A stretch of 64,000 bases of DNA from Schmidtea nova (taxonomy: Eukaryota), in assembly GCA_044892505.1 (NCBI GenBank), contig CM097884.1:128650001-128714000 (forward strand), written 5' to 3'. The translations under genes and the position numbers were made by a program. This document shows, in pieces, positions 50,330 through 61,890 of this stretch; within the stretch, counting starts at the first letter, position 1; the number at the start of each line of letters is the position of its first letter. The notes under the pieces were generated by a model. The model did not search any database. It was not told the origin of the DNA and saw only the letters and a list, made by a program, of their open reading frames with translations.

Positions 50330-52420
50330 AACATAATTATCTTTTTGTTTCACATTTGATCTTTTTTTAGTATTAATTTCAATAATTCCCATAATGGTAA
50401 GACTAAAGATCAAAATTTCTTTAAATAAGAACACAACATTTCGGCACAGCCTTTATCAAATGTGTATTACAATCGTTGTATTAACTTAATCCTAAAAACT
50501 AATCTTAATTATTTATTTTATATTTTAAAATGATTTTATTGGATGAAAAAAAAAATTATTTTAATTTTCTTTTTAGACATGTTTTTTTGTGCGAATTGAA
50601 TGTTAATGGACGGTTTGTATTTTTTGATGTATAAAGTCTCAGAAGCTAATCTTTTTAATGAATTTTTGAATCCCTCTTGTAGAATCTGGCATTTTGTTTC
50701 TTCTATAGATGGAGCTGTTATATGTATTTTTCCCAGTGTTCGTAATAATTACTGGTTTTGTTTTTAGTGTCTTGATTAAGTCGGGTGCGAAAAGTTCTAT
50801 GGGCTTATCCTATGTAAGAAGCGTCACATTTTTGACAATAAAGTTTATACACTATATTTTTGGAAAAGCAAAAGCATCTGGTTGTGGAACGGCAAAGACA
50901 TTTATGTTTGTAGATGTTGGAAATTGGTGGCTTTCAGAGTTGTGATTTTAACGGTACGGAGGTTATGAAAATAGGACGGATGTGGATAGGCAAATCTGTT
51001 TGGTTAAAAATGTTGGTTATTTTATTGGCTGTAGTGTCATTTAAGAAACGTAATCTTAGATATGTTGTGTGTTTGCTATTGTTATTGTGTTTCTAGCGTT
51101 TCTTATTGTTGCGTTTATTGTGGTATGGTTCGTTAAGGAAGTAATTTTTTACAAATTCTTCATTGTATCCATTTTGGAGGTATTGTATTTTGAAGTTTTC
51201 TAATGTTTCTTGTATTTTGTTTGCGCCTGGACAGTTTTTTATGGCTCTTTTTCTTTCTCCTATTAGTATTGCGATTTTGAGTTGAAGTGGAACGTGGCTT
51301 TTTTATGGGATGATATGACCACTATGTAAACTTTTAGAACATAGCTCGGTGTTTGCATTTAGTGTATCCGGGACTTTTGTGAAACTTACTATGGTATCTA
51401 AAAACTGAATTTTACCTTCTGCGTTCGGTGTTTCAAAAGTGACTTGTATGTTGGTGTTAGTAGAATTTGCGTGTGATAAGATTTGATTGAGAGGGATTGT
51501 GGAGACTATGAAGATGTCATCGATGTATCGTTTCCAGAAAAGTATTTTGTCCCCAAAAAAAGATCTGATCATAGATTCTTTAAATTCATGTAGAAGATGG
51601 CTAAGATGGGAGAAGGGTTATTACCCATGGCTAATCCATGAAGTTTTTCGAATGGTTTTTCTTTAACTATGACAATATCTGAATTTATTGCTAATTTTAG
51701 AAGTTCTATAAAGTCTTGTTTGGTTAAGTCTGCGAAGTCAGTGTTGGCTTTATGAGTTTCAAAGAAAGAAGTTGCGATGTCGAAAATGTTAATCTCTCCG
51801 ATCTTTTAATTTCGGAAATATTTTGTTTATGTTTATTAACGAATGAAAATTTATTCAAATCTAGTTGTAAAAAAGCCGTTAAATAATAGAAACTTTTTTT
51901 AAATTTACAAAATATTAGATGCATGTAAAAAATGTTTTTTCTTTAATATATAAATAATGTATATTTTACACTCCTTTTCCGTACTTTACAAACATAAAAT
52001 CTTATGATTCCATGAAATTAGTAATAATATTTTATTTATAATTTTTCCGATTTTATCTAATAATATTAATTGGCAGTATTGAATTGTATTTGAATTGGTA
52101 GTATCGTATTCATTCTTGAACTTACGACGCCAATGGAGCTGTTGGTTCTTACTCATCTTGTTTTTTATTTTTCCTGTAGGCTCGGTGATTGTCATTCGGT
52201 TCTTGTGTGTGTCATCTCCGGGTATTTGTGGAGGCTGAATTGTCCAAATACATTTGCTCGGGTTTTCTAGTTTGTCTGCGGCTGTTGGGATTTCCTCTTC
52301 AGTGGGTTCCCACTTTAGAATGACCTTTTGTGAAAATTGACGTGATTTATAATCCTCCATTGAGATTGGAGATTCGGCTTTATCTTCTACTATTACTAGA
52401 AAGCCTAGTTCCCAATTTAC
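50330..52420 (-). mobile_element. Penelope-like family B, decayed and internally deleted
   Basis: GLAMGNNPSPILAIFYM, WKRYIDDIF, IQFLD, LQNGY, and NIVYKLYCQKCDASYIG*AHRTFRTR (GIY-YIG, about 50780-50860). The 3' tail carries a hammerhead-like motif. 5' limit approximate. Confidence 0.88.
50431..50464 (-). ncRNA. Minimal hammerhead-like motif with U3-A8 core variant
   Basis: ACAT-TTGATAA-A-GGC(tgt)GCC-GAAA-TGT-T-GTGT. Helix I pairs ACAT with GTGT (one G-U). Confidence 0.55.
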
Positions 52421-53703
52421 AGATCTAAAGACGTATCAATTGTTTTTATAATTAAGCAAAGATATTATTGGTCAATATTGAAAAGTAAAATATGCACCGA
52501 ATATAGGATGATTTTTTGAAAATATTTATTACAAAAAATTAGGTCAAGAACAAAATCAAATGTCATTGTTACCTTTTCTAGGATATATTTTGAATTATTT
52601 AGAAAAAAAAATAATTTTATAATAAATAACACTTAAAATCGGAGGAAAAATCAATATCTAAAAATTTCCAATTAGCCATTTTTTCCTCAGTGATATTCGT
52701 AAATTTGAAATAATTTGTCAAAATTTTTTGACAGTTTGTTTTAATCATTTCAGTCATGATTTTAATTTATTCAGTATCACCTAAAAATTAAATTTTGAAA
52801 TGTTTTATGATTTTTGTTTGAAAAAACGCTAAAATGAAAATTCCGTTAGAATTTACATTTGAATATGTTTGTTTGACGAATTTTTTTTCTTCAATTGAGA
52901 TACTCAAATAATGCGGCTAATCAGCATAAATATGCAAATATATCACTCCCAAAGGCATTTTAAAGCCAATAAGGAATCACTAGCTTTTCTAAGTCAATTA
53001 ACTGTTAGACTTTGAAATAAATTTTTTAAAACTTTTTCGAAATATAGAGAAAAATTTTATTTTTGTTTTAATTAATACTTGGAGAATTTTGAATAAAATT
53101 ATACGACTATGGATTTTCTATTTTTATCAACGAAAGAATAATTTTTTAATATTAAAATAAAATAATAAAATAAATAATGGTTATTGTATATAAATAGAAT
53201 CTTAGAAAAAATAAGTCTGTAATAATTCTTTACACAACCAGCCAGAAAATTAAGGTTGAAAGAAAAAAATAAACATTGCTAAAGTGGAAAATAATCGAAA
53301 AAAGACATTTCCATAAATGTTCCATCTTAGCTATGGACATTGGTGAGTTTATATATTTAGTAAGGAATAAAAACCCTTCGGAACCAAATCTAGTGAATAC
53401 ATACAATTAGTAGTCATCGTGTTCCGCTCGTCTGACTCATATTAACTGTTAGTTGCTAATATAAAAATTTGATAAAATAATTTTAATAAATATTGATTTA
53501 AAAATAAGATTATAAAATTTTATTAGATTCAAAAAATTGAGATTATAAAATGTTTATTTCAAATATATTAATTTCAAATATAAATTTAATCAGTATTTTG
53601 AATTACAGACTGTTTGAATCATAGCTCATAAAAATTATCGATGCTTCAGAAAAAATATTCAAATAATATTATTGATTAATATTGTGTAAATAAGATGTTT
53701 TAA

Positions 53704-53937
53704 CCCTTTCCAAGGCAAAGGAAACTAAAAGTGATGTAAAACTCAAAGTTTATTATTAATAATTATATAGTTACAAAAGATCATAAAAAAATAAAAACAT
53801 AGAAAAAAACAAAAGAGGCTTTTAGGGAGAAGGGGTGGCAATATGATTGCCACTACCTTTCAGTGACATTCCATCAAGAAATTCCAGGATAAGCTATTAA
53901 AATGGTGGACAGTATATTGCCACCACCTTAGAAAGGG
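53704..53937. mobile_element. piggyBac-type MITE, 234 bp, TTAA TSD
   Basis: TTAA|CCCTTTCCAAGG...CCTTAGAAAGGG|TTAA, with subterminal GTGGCAATA repeats. Confidence 0.9.
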
Positions 53938-54689
53938 TTAAAGAATACAATTTTTGGAATTAAATTTTGTTATTAATAAAAAACTAATTATGTCTTCAGA
54001 AGAAACCAAGTGTAATGTAATTGCAACTAACATTTACTAAATAAGAATATAATTTCCGAAATATCATTCAAGGAAAACTTATAATTACTTAAAACAAATT
54101 TCTTGAGACATTTTAAAAATTATTCAAATAAAAATTTCATATAAATTCAACATTAAAATAAAATTTCTCACTCGTTTATAATTCTATAATTTTAAAATTT
54201 CCGTATTGCATTTATAAGTTTTCTAATATTTTAAAAATATTTTCCAACATCAATTTAACATTTATATTAAATTTATTAACCTCAGTTTATAGCAGCGAAT
54301 CTCTGCCGTGAGAATTTAGCTGGTGTACCGTTAGAAGTTTCGATTATATTTAAAATTATTTTTGCTTTTTAATTAAAACTTTAAAATATACTAATAAATT
54401 TAACGGATCTTTAAACTAAACTTTAGTTAGAAATCATTTTTATACATTTGTAAAGCCAGAACTTAAAAGTTTGCTCTTTAAAACAGGTACAATCTTATTA
54501 AAATAATTTAAACAAGTTCTACTACTTTTATGATATAAAAATTGTAAAGTCTTTTCATGTGTGCTGCGAAAGTTTTAAGATTACTTCAGTTAATCTTTAA
54601 AGGTTGAGAATCACTGATTTATAGGTTTCTTCTAAACGTAACAAGGTTTTTAAAACAATTTTTCCATGCTTTATATAAGGTTGCTTTCT

Positions 54690-55215
54690 ATATATATGTG
54701 TGTGCCACAAAATTACAAATCAATTTATTAGTGCTTTTCTCTCAACCGATTCACTTCAAATTTTGCACACTTGCTCACTTCCGGTGACAATACATGGAAA
54801 TTGATAAATTTGACCAAAAAAAGTTAATTAAGTTAACTAAATAACAATTTGAATTTCCCCATACATTTAACAATGGACGAGAGGTAAATGTGTTGGTGTC
54901 TTCAGAGAAATTTTACGTGTAAATGTAATATAAATTATTGTTCAAATCATCTCAAGTGAAATTTTTTTTAAATTTTTTTAATGCTTTTTTTTGCTTTTTT
55001 CTTTAATTAATTTAACTTTTAATATAAAAATAAATGTTTTGAAAACAAATTTGAAAACAAATTTTTTTTTAAAAATTTTTTTTGAGGACACACGAAAAAT
55101 GTAATATAATTTTCCCTTCTACAAAATATAACAAAAAAAAATTTCTCAGCCAAGTGGAGTTCTGCTCGCATAAAGCATGGATTTGAAAAAAGAATTTTTT
55201 TTGATTTACTAGTTA
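54690..55215 (+). mobile_element. Helentron/Helitron-associated element relic
   Basis: CTATATATATGTGTGTG start, CCGATTCACTTCAAATTTTGCACAC block, ACTAGT end. Layout similarity only. Confidence 0.4.
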
Positions 55216-55596
55216 GTTCTTAAAAATATTTTTGAATTTTAAACAATAAAAGTTTAATATTTTTGATTCCCGGTAAGTTTATCGAAAACGAGTTTATCGA
55301 AAAAGAGTTTATCGAAAAATATTATTTTTAAGGAACTTACGAATTGTGGATTTTATCTCCAAAATTAATANNNNNNNNNNNNNNNNNNNNNNNNNNNNNN
55401 NNNNNNNNNNNNNNNNNNNNNNNNNNNNNNNNNNNNNNNNNNNNNNNNNNNNNNNNNNNNNNNNNNNNNNNNNNNNNNNNNNNNNNNNNNNNNNNNNNNN
55501 NNNNNNNNNNNNNNNNNNNNNNNNNNNNNNNNNNNNNNNNNNNNNNNNNNNNNNTTTGATCTTTTTTTATTATTATTATCAATAATTTTCATAATG

Positions 55597-55743
55597 ACTA
55601 TAGATCAAATTTTTTTTTATAAACAATAACACAATATTTCGGCACAGCCTTTATCAAGTGTGTATTTCTAATAAATACACACTTGATAAAGGCTGTGCCA
55701 AAATATTGTGTTATTGTTTATAAAAAAAAATTTGATCTATAGT
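55597..55743. repeat. Near-perfect 71-bp-arm palindrome of PLE family B 3' ends
   Basis: Arms 55597-55667 and 55673-55743, 70/71 identical, loop CTAAT. Homologous to 50395-50470. The right arm runs into the gap. Confidence 0.9.
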
Positions 55744-56144
55744 NNNNNNNNNNNNNNNNNNNNNNNNNNNNNNNNNNNNNNNNNNNNNNNNNNNNNNNNN
55801 NNNNNNNNNNNNNNNNNNNNNNNNNNNNNNNNNNNNNNNNNNNNNNNNNNNNNNNNNNNNNNNNNNNNNNNNNNNNNNNNNNNNNNNNNNNNNNNNNNNN
55901 NNNNNNNNNNNNNNNNNNNNNNNNNNNNNNNNNNNNNNNNNNNNNNNNNNNNNNNNNNNNNNNNNNNNNNNNNNNNNNNNNNNNNNNNNNNNNNNNNNNN
56001 NNNNNNNNNNNNNNNNNNNNNNNNNNNNNNNNNNNNNNNNNNNNNNNNNNNNNNNNNNNNNNNNNNNNNNNNNNNNNNNNNNNNNNNNNNNNNNNNNCTG
56101 AGCAAACTTTGGCTATTTGTTGTGCATTTTATTTTTATCTATCA

Positions 56145-56272
56145 GCGTCTGTGTGCGCTGCTATTTTTGTAGTGTCGCGTCTGTGTGCGCATTTTTTACC
56201 GCTTGGGTTTCATATTTTTCAGTTTATAGCGTCTGTGTGCGCTACCACCAATGGATCAGCGTCTGTGTGCGC
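56145..56272. repeat. Four spaced copies of GCGTCTGTGTGCGC
   Basis: At 56145, 56177, 56229 and 56259. Confidence 0.85.
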
Positions 56273-56456
56273 ATTATATTTTTATATTTTAATTTGGTAG
56301 AGCCTTATTAAATTGGTTTGTTTTAATATTCCAGTTTTTGTGGAATTGATTAGTTTCAATTATGTTGGAAGTATTTTAGATTTGAATTTAGTTCGTTTTT
56401 TTTGGAGATTTAATGATGAGGAATTTCGATTATTTGGAATAATTTATGAGAACTAA

Positions 56457-57090
56457 ATGATAAGTTTTGAGGAAGTGTTGATGATCTTGAATGTTCTCAT
56501 GAAAATTGATGCTCAATGCTTAATGTCAGAAGATTTACCATGCTTCGTAGCACAAAGCAGTTCTCATACTACTGTACAAAGAGATAATTTGCTAGGTGAT
56601 ACCGTTAGCCAGTTGCAGCGTGCTTCTCAATGTCACCTTAAAGGGCCTTTTAGAGTTAATTTCATGTGTGAAGATGCTTTAGATGAAGGCGGGGTAATGA
56701 AGGGATTGTGCTTGCTCGTTGTGCCTCAAGTTTTAAACCCCGATTATGGTCTCTTTGAAATGTATCCTGAATCAAGACTTGGCTGGTTTAACAAAATGAT
56801 ATTTGATGACAATTTAACCCAGTTTAATCTGATCGGTAGATTGTTTGGTCTCGCAATTTACAATAACTTTAGGATTGATCCTCACTCTCCTCTTGTAATG
56901 TTCGAAACATTGTTCAATGAAAAGGCTAATCTAGATGATTTAATCGAGCTCAATCCAACCTTGGGGAAATCATTACAGACGTTACTTCACTTCTATCAAG
57001 GTGATTTTGAGGACATATTTATGCTTAATTGTGTTATCTCTCTCGAGTCAATTGATAATACAATCCTTGAAACATTGTTGCGTTTTGTCA
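56457..57090 (+). pseudogene. Intronless HECT E3 ligase N-lobe fragment, HERC4/HERC3-like
   Basis: VQRDNLLGD...LKGPFRVNF..EDALDEGGV...PDYGLF..Y.ESRLGWF...LIGRLFGLAIYN...LDDL.EL.P.LGKSLQTLL. No C-lobe or catalytic Cys; the ORF ends in (AAT)n. The usual KEFF and FPLALY positions are altered. Confidence 0.85.
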
Positions 57091-57095
57091 GAAAC

Positions 57096-57145
<50 letters not shown>
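57096..57145. repeat. (AAT)n microsatellite terminating the HECT homology
   Basis: Direct reading; it gives the poly-Asn run in the ORF track. Confidence 0.97.
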
Positions 57146-57159
<14 letters not shown>

Positions 57160-57779
57160 AAATAATATTTTTAAAATATTTTTCGATAAACTCGTCATTC
57201 GATAAACTCGTCATTCGATAAACTCGCTTTCGATAAACTCGCTTTCGATAAACTCGTTTTCGATAAACTCGTTTTCGATAAACTCGTTTTCGATAAACTC
57301 GTTTTTGATAAACTCGTCGGCTACCATATTTTTTATAAAACTAAGATTAATATTTTAAAAAGTATAGCCTTTCTAATGGATAGAAGAAAATATACATTCG
57401 AATGAAATCGTGTAAATTTTTCAAAAAAATTAAAATATAATGAAGTTTTTATAAAAAAAATCAAAATTTTTTAAATAGAAACGAAAATGTTAAAGTTGAA
57501 AATAACAGTTGTTAAATAAAATTATAATCGTTTTTTTAAAAATCTGCCTGAAAAGGCCCCAAAATTTACGCAAGAATATTTATTTTATAAAAAATTTATA
57601 AAATTAGAATATTTTTTAAAATAGTTTTATATTTTTGATAAAGGCATCAAAAAGGAAAGGAAGTACACTTTCATAAACATTTTTGTCATTTGTTATTTGA
57701 CTAATGTAAATATTTATGTTGCTAAATGTTGCTAAGCATAAAATAATGCTTTATTATTTTCGTCTTTGATCTGATTTTT

Positions 57780-58735
57780 GGTTCTAGAACAAAATGGTAC
57801 AGACAAAATGGAACAGACAAAAAAGGGTTTGCAAACATAATGGTATTGGACAAAATGGTATGGACAAAATTGTAATGGGAAAATAATACTATGTTTAAAT
57901 GGTATAATGAACAAAGGGGTACAGATTATAGTTTTTTTAAATATAATAATATTTTTATTTCGGTAAATATGTGTAGGTGATTTTCCTAACGTCTTAAATT
58001 TCAGGAATACATTGCTAATGATGAAAGGTAAGTAAGTTTAGTTCCTTCAGTTGATGATAATAAAAAACAATAGAAAATTATAGACTACAATGAATAAGTA
58101 CGTGTTAATAAAATTTATTTTTAACATCTAAGGCTTACTCAGTTAAAATGTTTTGTTTGTGTCAATAAATTTATGCAATATAGTTGTGTCAGGCAATTTT
58201 TATATTGAGCACACGCGCAATATCTCCAAAATATGTAACTAGATCTCAATTGTTATAATTATTACTATTCTTTCTTTTTGTTTTCGGCTGTTGTACCTAG
58301 AGCGATTTGAAGACGATGAAGTTGAGTAGTGTTTTATCTAGGATGGATAAGCAAAATTAATGACATTGTTGATAGCATCAAATTGATTTTAAATGTTTAA
58401 TTGGTATTCTTGCTGGACATCCTCTTTCTCTTCTTTGTCTGCCAATGAAGTTGATCTCCAAATATAACAGATTTCTTCATTTGTTTTAACACTGGTCAGA
58501 ACTTTGAAAACCTCTATGATTTCATTTGCTAGAAAGAATACTAGAATTTGAAGACGCTTGACATAAAGGGCGAAATTTGGTTTATCTTTGTAAAGTTTGG
58601 AAAACCTAATTGTAATTTCATCCAAACTCACGGATCAAAGTTAAACATGAATACATCAATTTTTGCCATAAGAAATTATTCTGAATGGCTTCAATTGTTG
58701 CTAAATCAAAATCAAATGCAATAGATACTAGATCT
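57780..58735 (-). mobile_element. MULE relic: GACAAAATGG terminal array plus transposase fragment
   Basis: Array at 57787-57925. Minus strand reads SIAFDFDLATIEAI (DFE motif) and LYKDKPNFALYVKRLQILVFF...EVFKVL (ALAF.P motif). A hAT-like terminus (CAGTCCGATTAA...GAGGCCCTA) starts at 58741. Confidence 0.65.
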
Positions 58736-59479
58736 AAGTCCAGTCCGATTAATTCATTTTGAGGCCCTAAGACAGTTTCTTCTTACCGGGCTCCTTCACT
58801 CTCAGACAAGAAATAGAGCACACAAATAATATAAAACAATAAAGTAAACTAAATTAAATAAAATGAAAAACTAAAACAAATCTTAAATCTTTATTGATAA
58901 TAATTTAAAATCAATTTAAATTGCTACAATTCCTCATCCAATTCTTCAGTATCAATGTTGCCACTGTACCATTTTTAGCAATGAGGTATTAATTGATACG
59001 TCCTCGTTGTCGCCGTCAGCTGTTTGTAAGAAGAATTTTAAAATTTCATCAATATCTTTGTAACTTTTTTAATTCAAGAGATATTTTATCACAAATTACG
59101 TAGAAACAATTTCGCTTAAGCATTTCTGAATTAAAACATAATAACATATTTTCTTTAGATTTTAGATATTCACAATAACCATATAAAAAGCAAAATAATT
59201 TTGTTTATTTGTTTATAATATACAGTTGTCCAACAGATAAGTAAATTATCTTATTTACAAATATTTTCAAAATAGACCATTTGAGCCTAACCCCTGATAT
59301 TTGTCTCATTTGTCTATGTAATGATTCGGGCCTGATCCAAGTTAGACATAAGTGAAAAATTCTTGAAAAAGTTGTTGATCTGATGCAATAATTGATTAAA
59401 TGAGGGATTATTGTGTTAATTTTGTGAATCCATCGTAATTAATGTGGTTTGCAAAGACTGCTCAATTAATTTTATAAAT

Positions 59480-60330
59480 TGCCAAAAAGAAATGTTTCTT
59501 TTTGAAGATTGCCAGATGATTGAAAGTATTCAACATTTGATTTTGAATCTTTTTAATAACTTGGTGATACGAGAGATGAATCGATTTTCCAAAATTATGG
59601 TTTGTGGTTCTGAATCGATTTTAGCATTCAATTTCGCAACTAGCATTAGATCAACAATCCACTCTTCTGCTTCGCTTGCATCCATGTGTTATTTCTATGC
59701 AAGCATATCTAGACTTATTGTGTGATGCAATCTGTATAAAGTTTCAAAATTCAAATAACGTGCCGACTGTATGAACGCAGTATCTCAAGCTGTCAGAAAG
59801 GAACCATTCGCTAAAGCCTCTACACAAATTTTTATTTTCTCCTGGGTTTTATCGAAATCAAACTTCACATAAAGACTCTCGACAAATTCCGTTATTGAAA
59901 TAAAAAACTCTTTATTGAGAAAGTCATATACCATATAAAGTTGTTCAAATTTATTTGAGACTCCTCTAAATGTGTCTGTCAGAAAACTATTATTGTTATC
60001 TTGAAAAGAAATTAAGATCATTATCTTTTGCAAAGAGGATCATTGAATCTAGATTGACACAAATGAAATGACACTTGATTTGTACCAGCTAGTTTCTAAA
60101 CGCTTCATAGTATTATATATTACTAAGTGGTCTATGAATCGTTATGGCTTAAAGTGAGATTTTAAATTTTGAAAGAAACCTATTTGCGTTATGAGACTTT
60201 CAGAGAAAGTTTTCGGTATAACTTCAGCTTTGTTAGGATAATTATGGTTAGGTGTACAAACAAAATATTATTGTAAAGAAATGATATTTTCCTGAGAAAA
60301 TGTGATTGGATTTATTTGAAAAAGAAAAGG
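59480..60330 (-). pseudogene. eIF3e: eIF3 subunit E (INT6) decayed, apparently intronless copy
   Basis: ITEFVESLYVKFDFDKTQEKI..C...LAN.SFL, AFIQSARYLNFETLYRLHHTISLDMLA*K*HMDASEAEEWIVDLM..AKLNAKIDS, and SYHQVIKK match the eIF3e PCI region as recalled. Stops at 59785-87, 59695-97 and 59689-91, plus frameshifts. The upstream limit is uncertain. Confidence 0.85.
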
Positions 60331-60388
60331 ATGAACATAATTAAGTAGAGGACAAAACACAATTTTGTGTATGGACACTAAGAAATTT

Positions 60389-61614
60389 TTAAGTTGGAAT
60401 GAAAGTTCTGTAGTATTTTTAATAGGCATGGCTAAATAGTTTTTTTCGGAATTTTATTTATTTAAAATTTTAATTTTTATATAATAAATGGTTTTTCTTG
60501 TTTTATTATATAAAATTAATAGCAATCGTTAGTTATTTGTGATATTTAAAGTGAAAATTATGTCATTGGATAAAATGCATTTACGAAATCGTATTTTGTA
60601 TAAGTTCGAGAAAAAAGCAACAGGTCTATTGAAAGTGAAAACATTTGTACAGTATTTAAAATAGGTGGTGTAAATGTTCGTATTTGTCAAGGATGGTTTA
60701 GAAAATTTCGTTCCGAAGATCTGAGTCTAGAAGAAGATACTCGACCTAGACGAAATTAAGGTGGTCTATGTTGGAGCATAATCCACATCATACAACAAAA
60801 CAAATTGGGGGAGACTCAGAATTTTTTATACAGTTGCTGGAGATCACATTAAAGCACTTGGGTTTGTCTTGACCGATTTAACTGAAAAAAATTTTGTCTG
60901 ACCGTATAAGAATATGTTCATTACATTTCATAAGAAACGATATGGCGCCGTTTCTGGACAAGCTGATTACTGGAGATGGAAAAGGGATTCTTTCCTAGGA
61001 TATCAATAAGAGAAATGTTTACTGCAAACCTTTAACATCACCAGCGACTCTTGCAAAACCAGATATTTATCAAAAAAAGGTTTTGCTCTGTTTGTGGCGG
61101 GATAGAAAAGAACCAGTGTATTAAGAGGTTCTGAAAAAAGGATAAACAATCAATGTGAATGTGTACACCAACCAGTTTGATAAATTAAATGTAGCTATCA
61201 AGGCACAAATGCTTGTATTGGCATCCAGAAATTGAATCTTGTTTCACCATGATAATGCTAGACCACATAATGATATGGTGACGCAACAAAAACTTATTGC
61301 GTTGGGATGGAAAGTTCTTAGTCATCACCATATTCACCTGACGTTGCACCATCTGACAATTGCCTGTTCAGGTCACTGCAAAATTATCTAATTGGAAAAG
61401 ATTTAATTCTTTCGAAAGTGTTTCTAAGACAGTGGCTGAGTATTTTCAGTTCAAGAACGATAACTTTTATAGAAATGGGATCTACTGGCTACCTGAAAGA
61501 TGGCAACAAGTGGTTACACATAATGGAAATTATATTATTTAAGAAAAAATTAAAAAAATTAAATTGATTCCAATGTTTTATTGAAAATACGACAGAACTT
61601 TACTTTCGACCTAA
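60389..61614 (+). mobile_element. Mariner transposon (1226 bp), decayed, different subfamily from the first two
   Basis: Imperfect TIRs TTAAGTTGGAATGAAAGTTCTGTAG / reverse complement of TTAGGTCGAAAGTAAAGTTCTGTCG, 3' TA. ATG at 60560. ITGDGK, HDNARPH, HSPDVAPSD, LPERWQQVV. Confidence 0.92.
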
Positions 61615-61890
61615 TAATTTACCGTTTTACTTCTTTTGTAAAATTATCATTGATTTTTAAAAAAATAATTTTTAATATTTTAAAATTTTAAATTCCAACA
61701 ATTACAAACCATAGTTATATTAGAATAATAATGTAAGTGAAGGAAAATAAAATTTCCGTGAATTGTTAAACATTATAAGGAATTAATTTACCGTTTCATT
61801 TATTTTATTAAATTTTAATTGATTTTTAAAAAATAATTTTTAAAATTTTAAAAACCAACAATTACAAACCGTAGTTACATTACAATAATG
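61615..61890. repeat. Diverged tandem duplication, period about 170 bp
   Basis: TAATTTACCGTTT...CCAACAATTACAAACC.TAGTTA.ATTA.AATAAT occurs twice. Confidence 0.75.

Larger units (their letters stand above)
22132..56097. other. Nine assembly gaps: 22132-22260, 24791-24923, 33291-33472, 37853-38040, 40352-40923, 45095-45610, 49251-49380, 55371-55554, 55744-56097
   Basis: Runs of N. Several fall at repeat termini or palindromes. Confidence 0.99.
55272..57325. mobile_element. Segment bounded by inverted arrays of a 15-16-bp unit (MULE/foldback-like; possible Pack-MULE)
   Basis: Three copies of AGTTTATCGAAAA at 55276-55319 face nine copies of TTCGATAAACTCG at 57181-57316. Both outer ends read GGTA inward. 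Two gaps inside; no clear TSD. Confidence 0.5.

Noticed and set aside
37803-56172. ORFs containing long X runs
   Set aside because: Artefacts of translating through N gaps.
57181-57316. Regular short repeats as a CRISPR array
   Set aside because: Units are head-to-tail with no unique spacers, there are no cas genes, and the context is eukaryotic.
59685-59790. Stop-codon reassignment explaining the eIF3e stops
   Set aside because: All three stop types plus frameshifts occur, each one base from a plausible sense codon, and the Gypsy ORFs end at standard stops.
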